Below are positions 1-15,260 of a stretch of DNA of 64,000 bases, piece by piece; within the stretch, counting starts at the first letter, position 1; each line of letters opens with the position of its first letter. The notes beneath the pieces are model-generated. The model saw only the letters and a list, made by a program, of their open reading frames with translations, was not told the DNA's origin and did not search any database. The stretch comes from the human T2T-CHM13v2.0 reference genome, Homo sapiens, in assembly GCF_009914755.1 (NCBI RefSeq), contig NC_060926.1. The stretch is one strand, 5' to 3'. The translations under genes and the position numbers were made by a program.

Positions 1-820
1 CTTTTTAATGATCGCCATTCTAACTGGCATGAGATGGTGTCTCATTGTGGTTTTGATTTGCATTTCTCTAATGACCAGTGATGAGCTTTTTTTCATATGT
101 TTGTTGGCTGCATAAATGTCTTCTTTTGAAAAGTGTCTGTTCATATCCTTTGCCCACTTTTTGATGGGGTTGTTTGATTTTTTCTTGTAAATTTGTTTAA
201 GTTCCTTGTAGGTTCTGGATATTGGCCCTTTGTCAGATGGATAGATTGCAAAAATTTTCTCCCATTCTGTAGGTTACCTGTTCACTGTGATGATAGTTTC
301 TTTTGCTGTGCAGAAGCTCTTTAGTTTAATTAGATCCCATTGGTCAATTTTGGCTTTTATTGCAATTGCTTTTGGTGTTGTAGTCATGAAGTCTTTGTCC
401 ATGACTCTGTCCTAAGTGGTATTGCCTAGGTTTTCTTCTAAGGTTTTTATGGTTTTAGGTCTTAGGCTTAAATCTTTAATCCACCTTGAGTTAATTTTTG
501 TATAAGGTGTAAGGAAGGGGTCCAGTTTCAGTTTTCCACATATGGCTAGCCAGTTTTCCCAACACCATTTATTAAATAGGGGATCCTTTCTCCATTGCTT
601 GTTTTTGTCAGGTTTATCAAAGATCAGATGGCTGTAGATGTGTGGTGTTATTTCTGAGGCCTCTGTTCTATTCCATTGGTCTATATATCTGTTTTGGTAC
701 CAGTACCATGCTGTTTTGGTTACTGTAGCCTTGTAGTATAGTTTGAAGTCTGGTAGCATGATGCCTCCAGCTTTGTTCTTTTTGCTTAGGATTGTCTTGG
801 CTATATGGTCTCTGTTTTGG
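1..820 (-). mobile_element. L1PA-class LINE-1 fragment (ORF2 3' half), 5'-truncated at about 820, continuing beyond the window start
   Basis: ORF 412..885(-) contains the L1 ORF2 peptide [35 protein letters not shown]...KTLEENLG. Homology stops abruptly near 820. Confidence 0.93.
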
Positions 821-1350
821 TAACTTGGAACATTTTTCTCCAAGCATCTGCTTTCAGCATCTTTCTCCATCTTTATGGATGACAATTACCAATATATCAG
901 GTTGCTTGGACTTGTCCACAGATCATGATGCTCTTTTCTTTCTTTCTGTTTCTCTCTCCTATAGCATCTTTTTTTTCTATGTACATTGACTGTGTGTACT
1001 TTGTGTTTCATTGTGGTTAGTTTCTTTTGCTGTGTCTCCAACTTCATGCCTATATGCTTCTGCAATGTGTAATCTGTTGTTCCTCCCATCCACTGTAGTT
1101 TTCATTTTAAACGTTGTAGCTTTTTTCCTCTAGAAGTTGGGTTTGAGTCTTTTATATATCATGAGTGTCTCTACTTAACTTTTGGACATACCTAATTCAG
1201 GTATAGTAATTTATAAATGTATTTGATAATTCTATATCTGTGTAAATCCTGGGTCAGTTTTTATGAATTTAATTTTTTCATCATCATATTATCACATTAT
1301 TTAGAGATTTTAACTTTAATATTCCTGACTTCTTTTATCATGGGGTTTCT
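821..1350 (-). mobile_element. Old L1M fragment (ORF1-like region), degraded
   Basis: T-rich antisense sequence resembling recalled old L1 ORF1 region; ORF 886..1089(-) has remnant KKR..RREKQKERKEHHDLW..SNL. Boundaries approximate. Confidence 0.5.
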
Positions 1351-1959
1351 TGTATGCTTCATGAGTTAGAGCATCCTTCAGAAATCTTAAAAACTAATCA
1401 ATGCATGAAAACTACCGGTGGAACAAAAAGGTTCAGCCACAGAAAACCACAGCATCATTTTGGTTTTAATATTTTTTTCACCCCCCTCCCCCCGCCCCAC
1501 CACCAACAAATGTTATGTTTTGCGTTTTGGAAAATTTGTTTCTTAATTATAAAAACACACAATTTATTTTTCACATTAAAAAATTACATTGTTTAATGAC
1601 AGAAACTCATGAATCCACAGTCACTCGGGGTCTGTCTGCTGGGCTCCACCAGCAGCAGCTGCACGCTCCCTGTGTGAGGATTCTGAGGTCCTCACATAGG
1701 GCAGGACACAAAGGTGAAGATGTGCTCTGTTCTACCTGCTTTGGTAGAAGTGGCATAGCTTTTCCCCTTGCAGTCTATCGGCCAGAAATGGCCACGTGGC
1801 CTCACCCACAGCAAGGGAGGCTGAGTGTATGGGGAACAATGTGGGGTGTTGTCGTCACAGCAGCTCCGCGGACAACACCTTCAGATCCTCAGGAGAAAGG
1901 AGCGATGCCGTAGTCATTAACTCATCTGTTTTCTCAACCTCAGCTCTAATCCATCAGGA

Positions 1960-2680
1960 CATCGTATTGCCTCTACCTTTCAGATGTACCCAAACTTCAG
2001 CCACCCCTCGTGACCTCAGCCATTCTGGCCTGCGTCACAATAATCTCCATCTGGACTCCTGACGAATGTGCAGACTCCCTTCTCAACACTGGCCAGATAT
2101 CTGCTGTGTCAGGCCAGACCCCTTCTCTACTCAAACCCTGCAGCATTTCCCTAGTTAAAGCAGATTGCCAAGGCTCTCCCAGAGCTGGGTCATGACCTGT
2201 AGAGATGGCATCTGAGCAAATTCTGATACTTAAAAAAAATTTTATTCTCCTTATTTTCATTCCACTTGAACCAAACAGCTTCACTGAGCATGCAGGACAC
2301 AGGTCAGAGCCTTACCCTAGCTGTGCCTTTCTCTGGAATGTTCCTTTCCGAGGCAGCTCATGTCCACATCTGAGTGTAATGGAGGCTCAGACGTCACCTC
2401 CACAGGGATGCCCACCCTGACTGCACACTTAGCCTCGCAGCCTTGCTCACAACTGTGTCCAGGATCCCTTATTCTTACATACATAGTACCTTTTATCATT
2501 TAATTCCTACTCCACTTATTTATTGCAATTTTTATTGTTACTGACCTGTTTTATTACCCATCAGATTGTAAGTTCTACAGACACAGGGGAATTTGTCAGT
2601 AAGTGTATTATTGAATTCCAATCACTGGAATAAGACCTGGAAATACTTGGTACTTAATATATGTTCATTGAATGAATAAA
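1960..2680 (+). mobile_element. L2 (LINE-2) 3' fragment
   Basis: Ends in the L2-type terminus cagattgtaagttc...aatacttggtacttaatatatgttcattgaatgaataaa. Confidence 0.6.
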
Positions 2681-2947
2681 TCTCTGAGAAAAAATAGGGC
2701 AGTTCTGTTTCCTGATGCCCTAAGACATGTAGAGAATGCTACCCAAGGCACCCATTAATCATCGAGATAAAACGTTTAGACTCCCCTGAAGTTTTCGCCT
2801 ATAGTTTACCTTTATAATTTGCTTCATTTTCAAGGCTGCCTTCACCCTTCATTTATTCGGATTTTTCCTTAGGAAAAGAGATCATGGGAAGGCATATCGG
2901 GGACGGAGCCCACGCTTCAGGGCCATTCTGCTGGGCTTTCCTACAGT

Positions 2948-3406
2948 GACCTCACCATCACCACCACCACCGACAACGACATCACAGCCCCGACCTCACC
3001 ATCACCACCACCAATGACAACACTACAGCCCTGACCTCACCATCACCACCACCAACAACGACATCACAGCCCTGACCTCACCATCACCACCACCAATGAC
3101 AACACTACAGCCCTGACCTCACCATCACCACCACCAATGACAATGACATCACAGCCCCGACCTCACCATCACCACCACCAATGACGATGCTACAGCCCCG
3201 ACCTCACCATCACCACCACCAATGACAATGACATAACATCCCCGACCTCACCATCACCACCAATGACAACGACATCACAGCCCCGACCTCACCATCACCA
3301 CCAATGACAATGACATCACAGCCCTGACCTCACCATCACTACCACCAATGACAACGACATCACAGCCCCAACCTCACCATTACCACCACCAACAACAATG
3401 ACATCA
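2948..3406. repeat. Minisatellite, 11 units of 41 or 44 bp (gacctcaccatcaccaccaccaatgacaac(gac)atcacagcccc)
   Basis: The gacctc anchor recurs at 2948, 2992, 3033, 3074, 3115, 3159, 3200, 3244, 3285, 3326, with aacctc at 3370. Confidence 0.97.
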
Positions 3407-3484
3407 TGGCCCACAGGTGGCCAAACCCTTCAATCACCTGCAAACCAGCGACCCTCACTTTTGCTTCTGAAACTTATAAAAGCA

Positions 3485-3617
3485 AAAACAAAAAAACAGA
3501 TTCTCAAACCCAAACCGTGGCAATTCTGGTTCAGCAGGTGTTAGTTGAGACCAGGCACTTTCATTTAAAATCACTACAGAAGTGTTTTTATGCACATCCA
3601 AAATTGAGAACCCCTGT
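3485..3617. mobile_element. MER5-like hAT MITE fragment
   Basis: attctggttcagcaggtg...tatgcacatccaaaattgagaacccctg resembles the recalled MER5 end. Confidence 0.45.
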
Positions 3618-4004
3618 GACAGCTCCTTAATATTCCCAAAGGGTTATTTAAGACTTACACATCTTTAAATGTGTGAGTACACAATGGTCGATGATCCTGC
3701 AATTCTCATTTATAAAAAGATGGCAGTCGTATCCAACTCCCGAGACGGCGAACCCGCACCATTTCCATGCGCGCTCTGTGCACAAGGCTGGCCTCACGTT
3801 GGCCAGCGACTCCCTCCCGGCGAGTCAGTTCTCAACTTGCTTCAGCAGAGGTGCATATGGTAGGGAGTGGCCCAACCTTTGGGATGGCCAGAGATCATCA
3901 GACCTGTGGGTCCATGTGCCGTTTGCTGTCATAAGTTCCTGTCATAACTCCCTGTGCGCCCATTTTGTTGGATGTGTTCACACTGTATTTTAGTTGCCAA
4001 TGAC

Positions 4005-4262
4005 TATATTTCAGTGTGTCTGCATAGAGGGCTGTGCTCTGTATTTCAGCATGTCCGCATGGAGAGCTGTGTGTGTTTCTATATTTCAGCGTGTCTGCAT
4101 AGAGGCCTGTGGGTGTCTTCATATTTCAGTGTGTCTGCATAGAGGGCCGAGCTCCGTATGTCAGCGTGTCTGCATAGAGGCCTGTGGGTGTCTTCATATT
4201 TCAGTGTGTCTGCATAGAGGGCTGAGCTCCGTATGTCAGCGTGTCTGCATAGAGGCTGTGTG
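4005..4262. repeat. Minisatellite of mixed 35- and 40-bp units (core tcag(t/c)gtgtctgcatagagg)
   Basis: Core at 4011, 4046, 4086, 4126, 4161, 4201 and 4236. Confidence 0.95.
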
Positions 4263-4639
4263 TGTCCCCTTAATCTTTGTTACTCTAGTTTTCAGATATT
4301 GTCTGGAACTGGAGAAGCCCCACATTTTATGATGGATAAATAAATAAAGGTTAAACGCAGGGCTGCGGAGCTCCGTTGCCTTCCTCGTAATTCTGCGAGA
4401 CTCTGCGATATACTTTTCAGGGAGCATCACATTAGCTGTCACACACTGAGTGTCAACCAAAGCCACGCAAGGTGGCCTAAAATTAACGAGCTCGTTATGG
4501 AGGAGCCTCCACTAACGAAGTCAACAAATGCAAACTGGTTTGGTAACCTTCTGTAAAGAAAAGATCCATCATTGGTTAATATTTATTGTATAGATTATGG
4601 CAAAATTTAAAAAATAAACAGTATTTACTGAAATTTTAT

Positions 4640-4890
4640 ACATTGTATTTGTTCACTCATGATTTCAACATTTATTATCTCGTGTGCTCCAGACACCGGG
4701 CTGGTGACACCAGGGTCCAGATCACACTTTCCCTGTCCTCGCACTGGGGGGAAAGAAGAATAAATACCTTTATCTAAAACATAGTTACAAATAATAGCAA
4801 ATCCTTTGAAAGGAACAAAACAGAATGAGATGGGTGTCTTACATCTGATGTGGGTGGGACAAGTCCTCTCTCAGGAGGAAATATTTTGGG
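4640..4890 (-). mobile_element. L2 3'-end fragment
   Basis: ttgttcactcatgatttcaacatttattatctcgtgtgctccagacacc resembles the antisense L2 terminus. Confidence 0.5.
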
Positions 4891-5134
4891 CCAACTCTTC
4901 CTTGCCTTGGCAAATATGACTTAGTGAAGTAATGGATTTTTCATGCAGGGTGTTGAAAGGCTCAGGGTGCTCGCCCACATCAGTGAGGGAGGTGCAGCTG
5001 ATGAAGGAAGTGCTGGGTGCAGAAGGGGATGCTCTGAAATGGTGGCTTCTGTTTGCAGTTTCAAAGCTCAGGTAATTTTCTTGTGCTTTATCTACTTATG
5101 CCTAAATTCAGAGGAAGGATAAAGAAAAAACAAA

Positions 5135-5335
5135 CAATAATATTGAATTCTACTTCGGGTGAGACATTATGCTTGTTGCTTTTATGTCTGTCATCTACTT
5201 AGATCATAAAAACCCCGTGTGGTCTGACACATTATTTCTAGTTTACAGGTGAATAAATTAAATTCATAGACTAATATTACCTGAGTCCTAGAAATGGGCT
5301 TTAACTCAGGTATTGCTGACATCTAGATCAGTGCA
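5135..5335 (-). mobile_element. MIR fragment
   Basis: attatttctagtttacaggtgaataaattaaattcatagact resembles the antisense MIR core. Confidence 0.55.
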
Positions 5336-5396
5336 GTAGAACTTTAGTTAATTCCAGTTATAAAATAGCTATTAATTAGGGTTTTCATTGGCTTAA

Positions 5397-6032
<636 letters not shown>

Positions 6033-9000
6033 AGTTTTGTTTTTTATCTTAAATGTGTATTTGTGAATTATTTTGCAATGGTTGGCGGGCTCACAGACCC
6101 TGAAAAGGCTTGTACTTTTGGTAGAAAGGCATGAGCAACACACAAAAATATCTGCAAACAGACATGGCTTTTTTCCTCAACATGTTCTAAATCATTTGAA
6201 AACTTTTAATTTTCAAAATTAAAGGCCTGAGTAAAATTCCAGCTGACAAATCCACCTCTTATTCTCCCTTGGTAATTAATCATGAGATGGTAAACACAGA
6301 AGACCTTCAGTGAAGTTGAAGCCTTTACTATACGAAGGTTCTAGTGAGGGGAGTGCAAAGTGGGGCCGCAGGACAGACACCTGCTCTGATGACCACGGAA
6401 CATGGCGTGGTGGAGTCAATGTGTGGAAACTCAGCAATGGTGTGAGTCTCGCGTGGAGCTGCCGACCCATCGCTTCCTCATGGGAAAGATTTTTCCACTT
6501 GGGCTCCACTTATCGCACTCAAGAAACACTGGATATTCTGGGAAACTCTTGGAGGGCAGGCAAAAACCATCCTCCCTCAGACATGGAGCATTGACTAAGC
6601 TGCTTGTACCTGGGCAGTGTCTGTTTTAAGTATTAACTAAAAATCATTTCCAAGGGAAGCAACATAGGAAACAGGAATTAAAAATGCAAATGCTGAATGC
6701 TGTGTGTGTGCACATTTGAAGGGGCCAGACCACTCTCCACTTTGATTTATGCGTAAACGCAACTATCCCTCCCTGTACTCACCCCTTAAGCCCACATGAC
6801 CGCTGAACAATGACCCCAGTCAAATCTCAGCCACTCCTCTTTCCTCACTCAAAAGCCACCATGGCCGAGTTCCTCGGGTCTAGCTGCTGCTCTGGGCTTC
6901 CGATGGCCTTGAAACCCCATGTTTGTCCCTGTGCTTCTGTCAAGTCATTTTTCCACAGCGTTCTGGGGCCACAGGTGAAGGGTGAGGCATCTGCAGGTGT
7001 TGAGGTGCCTGCAGGGACCTCTCAGGGGACGCCTGCTGGTGTCTGCGTGGCGTGAACACTGTTCTATTTGGACCCAGCCTGGGAATGACCTTAGGCCACT
7101 TACCTGTCCTCATCTACAACAGGGACTTTTAATATCTGGGATAGAAATGCTTTTGTTCTGTAGGTTTTGTTTATGGTGTTATGATTGTATGTTTATTATC
7201 CATTAATTTATTTATTCAAAATATCATTGAGCAAATATTTGCTTCCAAATATTCCATTAGATATTTCATATATATTCTATTATTTAATTCTCATAATATT
7301 ATGGGATGGTGAGAACGTGCAAAAATGGAGGTTGGAAGTAGCGAGTCGCCCAGTCACACTCGACTCCTAAGGAAGACAATTTAGATTGAATCTGGGTCTT
7401 CTGATGAAAAATCTACTTTCTCCTATTCATATTGTTGCCATTTTATGGCATATTATGTTTTTATAATCCTAACAATTTATTAACATATAAAACCTGACAC
7501 ACAACAGCAGGCACGAGGGTAACATAGCAGATGCCGGTAGCACCATCACGGTTCCACGTCAGCCGTCCCCCAGAGGCTGCAAACTCCAGTTTTAAGATAG
7601 AATGTTTTTTCCTGCTCCTCTATCCCAGTACGTGAAATTCCTACATGGCGATCCACACCCTATGTCTCCCTCCTGAAGGTGTCATGATCCACGCCGACCC
7701 TGGGTAACCCTGGGTAGAGGCTGAGTGAGTTCCAGTGGTGACTGGGAGAAAATCTCCCTGTGATGGGAACTGGGCTTCAGACTTACTTGTTCCAGAGAAA
7801 ATAATGTGACTCTTCGTGTCTTCCTGAGTTTATCTGTGAAACTGGCCAGTGTTTACTGAGTGTAGCACATGCAACCTGCACTTCTGGGCGCTGGAGACAC
7901 GGGTGAGCACGTGACAAGCACACGCCCGCTCTGACCCACCGCGGGGTGGGACACACCTCAGAGTCATCATGATGAAGAAAATGCCAGAGAATTTTGTCTG
8001 CCCTTAATTTCTTATTAAATCACCCTAAAGGTGGGCATCCCCAGATCTTTTGGAAGACATCCATGTTCTCCAGGTAGAAGCCTCTGTTCTGTTTGGTCAG
8101 GAAGAGGTGTCCTGCTCTGGCCGTTCCAATATTCAGGAAACAGGTTCCTGTGTTGGGCTTCTCTCCCTTCCGTTTTTAGCCTTCTTTGCTACTACTCATC
8201 ACCTCGGGCCAGGTTAGTACTTCCCTTCTCCATAAAGACATTCTTAGGGCATCTGCCTCGATGACACTCTCCCTTCCATGAGCATCTATTGCTCAGACAT
8301 CTTTTCAGCAATACTAGAGTCTGGCCATCATACCAAATGCTAGGAGAAACTTAATACCCACATTTAAGAAGTGCACCATCAAATGTGGAAAACAAATGTT
8401 TAGACACATAATCTGCTATGGACATTTCATTGAAAGTGGATACAAGGTGAAGAGGGAGAAAGAGGAAGTCCACCCTGTCCATCCAAAAGGAGCTGACGGA
8501 AGGCTAAGTGAACACCACCTGAGTTCTGAAGGAAGCGCGGGATGCACCTGCAGGAGGCGGCTGGAGAGGGGTGCACAGGCTCCACACGTATCCGCTTGGT
8601 CCCACGGGTGCTGCCAGTGAGGCCAGCTGTAGCCAGGGGTAATCTGATGTCATTGCCCTTGTTCAAGACAAAGCAATGATGAGGTTGGCATTTAATGTCA
8701 TCAATAGCAATTAGCTGCATAGGAAATTAATGACCAATTGAATTAATTCAAGCATTAACTCTTTACGAATTCTTCCTCCAAATATTGAGAACGTCTTCAC
8801 GGAAGTGCTTTTGTGCAGAGTTCACATGGGAAGTTTTAAGGACTTAAGATGAATTCATTGCACTTAACTACTTAGGAAATAAACTGTCTTGTACCTGGTT
8901 ATGAATATAATGCAGGCAATTCCCAGTAGTCATGATATTTGCTTGCTCTTCTAAAGAAATGTGACCACTGGATCCATAGAAGAAAATGGACTTTCCTGCA

Positions 9001-9514
9001 CTATTTTTATTTTCATATTTAAAATGTGAGAATATTGTATCTAAGCATGACAGAAATTAATTTTTCCTAATAGTTTTGAAATCTAAAGTGAAAACCACAG
9101 TCTCATTGCTTGCTATCTTATCTTTCAGGGATTTTATATTAAGTGTTGCTCAACTAATGCATCCTATTACAAAATATGAATTTAAGTTTAGCATGTTCAT
9201 GGCTTAGTACTTTAAAACCCTATTTTGTTTATATCTGCTTGTTTTCCATATAAAACTTATGAATCTCTTATTTGTTTTTCTGACATTCTAAATACTTATA
9301 TATTTCTATATTATTTACGCAGATATTTCCTGGGAATAGAAATTCATCTCCTGGAAGTAAACGCAATAGTAAAATCCAAATAAGGAGCTGTGGTATTTGG
9401 TGTGACTTAAGAAGTTTTTAAAATCTGGACTTTGCTCTTGTTAGCTCTGTGCACCTGAGAGACTTTGAACATCCATTTTTAAACTGCAGCTTCTCTCTAT
9501 ATAAATGGGCTATA

Positions 9515-9770
9515 TGGGAATTGAACAATGAGATCACATGGACACAGGAAGGGGAATATCACACTCTGGGGACTGTGGTGGGGTGGGGGGAAGGGGAAGG
9601 GATAGCACTGGGAGATATACCTAATGCTAGATGACGAGTTAGTGGGTGCAGTGCACCAGCATGGCACATGTATACATATGTAACTAACCTGCACAATGTG
9701 CACATGTACCCTAAAACTTAAAGTATAATAAAAAAAAATCAAAGGTTAGAAAAAAAAAAGGTGAAAAAAA
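9515..9770 (+). mobile_element. Severely 5'-truncated young L1 (L1PA2-like 3' UTR only) with 14-bp TSD
   Basis: L1 3' UTR gatgacgagttagtgggtgcag...cctgcacaatgtgcacatg; exact TSD ataaatgggctata at 9501-9514 and 9771-9784. Confidence 0.96.
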
Positions 9771-10010
9771 ATAAATGGGCTATAATAATATTTAAGCACA
9801 ATGTTAAGGATTCAATGGTAAAATCTAGAAGTATATATAATGTCCAGATGTATGTTCCATAAAACTTAGATACTATAATGACAAATGTGGCATATTTTTA
9901 GAAAAGTCAGTGTCTATGTAGCAGCATTGATATCCTGCATTTTCCTCCTTGAATTAAAATAGAAACTACTATGACATTTTCTGTCTACTCAGAGTGCCTA
10001 AAAACCAGTA

Positions 10011-10089
10011 CCAGTGCCTGCATGCCAGGCTAAAGCAGGCAGCATCATCACCAGTGCCTACGTACCAGGCTAAAGCAGGCAGCATCGTC
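10011..10089. repeat. 40-bp tandem duplication (2 copies)
   Basis: ccagtgcct...ccaggctaaagcaggcagcatc at 10011 and 10051. Confidence 0.9.
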
Positions 10090-10429
10090 TTCAAAGTCAA
10101 ATACTAGTTACTGCTGATCATTCTAGACTGAATTCCACTAAAGCAACTCGCCCAATCAGAGTTTTACAAGAAGATTTAAATATTTTATACCATTTAGAAC
10201 AGTTCTAAAATCTTCAGATGTTAATAATCTAAAAACCCTCCAGGGGTCTTTTTAAGGCAGGTGACATCTAAGTAGATCTTTAAGGGGAACGATGATAAAA
10301 ATGAAAGTCGGACATTGACGGGGAGAGAACTGCAGGTTCAAAGACATGAGGCATCATTATAGAGAGCATGCAGAGACCTGCAGACATTTTTCAACTTACT
10401 AGGGTTTTAAGAGAGAAGCAACTTGGAGG

Positions 10430-13453
<3,024 letters not shown>

Positions 13454-14278
13454 TTATAGCTCTTGCAAAGAGTCCCAACCACAGAAACAGCTACTGCTGA
13501 TAATAGTTCTGATAGAGCCAGCATTCACTGAGCAATGCCTTTGGGCATTGTGTATCTAATTGTTCCAAACACTTTAACAAGTGTATTGTTTGATTCCTAC
13601 TGTGGAGTGATCCCCAGGATACTGGAGTGGAGAGTTGGGGAAGGAAGCCGTGACACAGCCGCCCGAGGTAGCACAGCCGCCCTGCTGCGGGGTGCACCTC
13701 CTCCCAGGCACTGGCCTATGGGTGAGCATCTCTCCTTTCCTGAATGCCATCGCCCCATCCTTGAAGCAGCTGGTCATTCCTGTCCTAAACTGGTGGTCAA
13801 CAGTGCAGGGGGCACAGGGTCCCATGAGAGCCGCTGGGCTGAGTGCCTGGAAGAAGCTCAGGGGCATCTGGAAAGAGGAACTTGGGCTGGTTTGAAGGGT
13901 GAAGAATCACGCGCAGGAAACCTCAGGGATGGATGCGGCACTGTCCCCACACCTGCTGTTTGCATCCCTCATTCAACAAGCAGCTCTGTCCTCTTCTCAA
14001 AATGCTGCCTAAGCCTCAGTTCTTCGGGGAATTCAGTTTTGAAGACTAGTGAGAGGGCAAGAGGATTATTATTGCATATTCTCCAAAACAAGGCACTTTC
14101 TTCCAAAGTACATCCCATTTGTCTTTCTGCAAAATCTCTCGTTTTGATTTATCTTTCAAGAGATAACACTTGGATGAAGTGAAATTATTCTCCACATGTT
14201 CGCATACACACAGACATCTCTTATATACACATGCACATACATCTATGATATAGATTTTATTTCATATGTTAAAAAAGT

Positions 14279-14563
14279 GGGCAGGCACAGTGGTTTACGC
14301 CTATAATCCCAACACTTTGAGAGTCTGAAGCTGGAGGATAGCTTGAACCCAGGAGTTCAAGATCAGCCTGGGCAACATGGCGAAACGCCTTCTCTATGAA
14401 AAATACAAATAAAATTAGCCAGGTGTGGTGGTGTGTGCTTGAGTTCCAGCTACTGGGGAGGCTGAGGTGGTAAGATTGCTCCCGGAAGTTGGAGGCCACA
14501 GTGAGCTGTGGTCGTGCCACTGCATTCCAGCCTGGCCCATGGAGCAACGCCCTGTCTCAAAAA
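14279..14563 (+). mobile_element. AluJ
   Basis: Diverged dimer with J-type gaggatagcttgaacccaggag. Confidence 0.9.
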
Positions 14564-14609
14564 CATGTATATTTTCACCTAAAAACATTACAATAGACAG
14601 GTGAAAAGA

Positions 14610-15260
14610 AGAGAAAACTCCCCTGCAATTTCATTACCCAGTGGTAATCACTGTTCACGTTTGGTTTAGCATATCTGTCATTTCATTTGTGCACATACAT
14701 ACATGAATATTTAGTTCAAAAATATAATTACAGTCTATGTAATAGTATAATTTTCTTTATAATAGCTTTAACCTATCAATTTCAATAAGCACTTTTAAGT
14801 AGAATTTTTAATAACTGCATGACATAGCAATTTATATAACCTTCCTTCGTTTGCTGCCTTTAATTTTAGCAATGGTATTGAGATGAACAGATCTGTAATA
14901 TCGATATTACTGAGGATGATTTTGTAGATATGGAATGTATATATGTTTGAGAGAAAAACTGCCACAATGCCTTCCAACAATATTGCATCCCCTTCTGCAC
15001 CTACAGAAATACTTCCTGAGGATTCCAGTCTCCTTTATCTAGGCCAGTCAAGCCACCGCCTCACGGGTAGCATGTGCCGCGTATGTTTGTGGGTGTGCAA
15101 TGATGTCTCTATGTGATTATATATATGTGTGTGTCTATAATGTGGTCAATATTTGCCTACTTTATTGGTAAAAAGAGTAGCTTTTTATCATCTGCTATTG
15201 CCAGTGAGATTGCATTCTTTTTAAAAATATTATTTGAATTTTTGGAAATACGGCTTTAGC
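14610..15260 (-). mobile_element. Ancient L1ME-like 3' fragment
   Basis: acccagtggtaatcactgttcacgtttgg and gagaaaaactgccacaatgccttccaa resemble degraded antisense L1ME. Confidence 0.4.

Noticed and set aside
1520-1620. Minus-strand AATAAA/ATTAAA cluster resembling a transcript 3' end
   Set aside because: AT-rich context makes hexamers common and I could not link it to upstream exons.
13535-14182. 215-aa ORF
   Set aside because: No recognisable domain or exon structure; consistent with a chance ORF next to an Alu.
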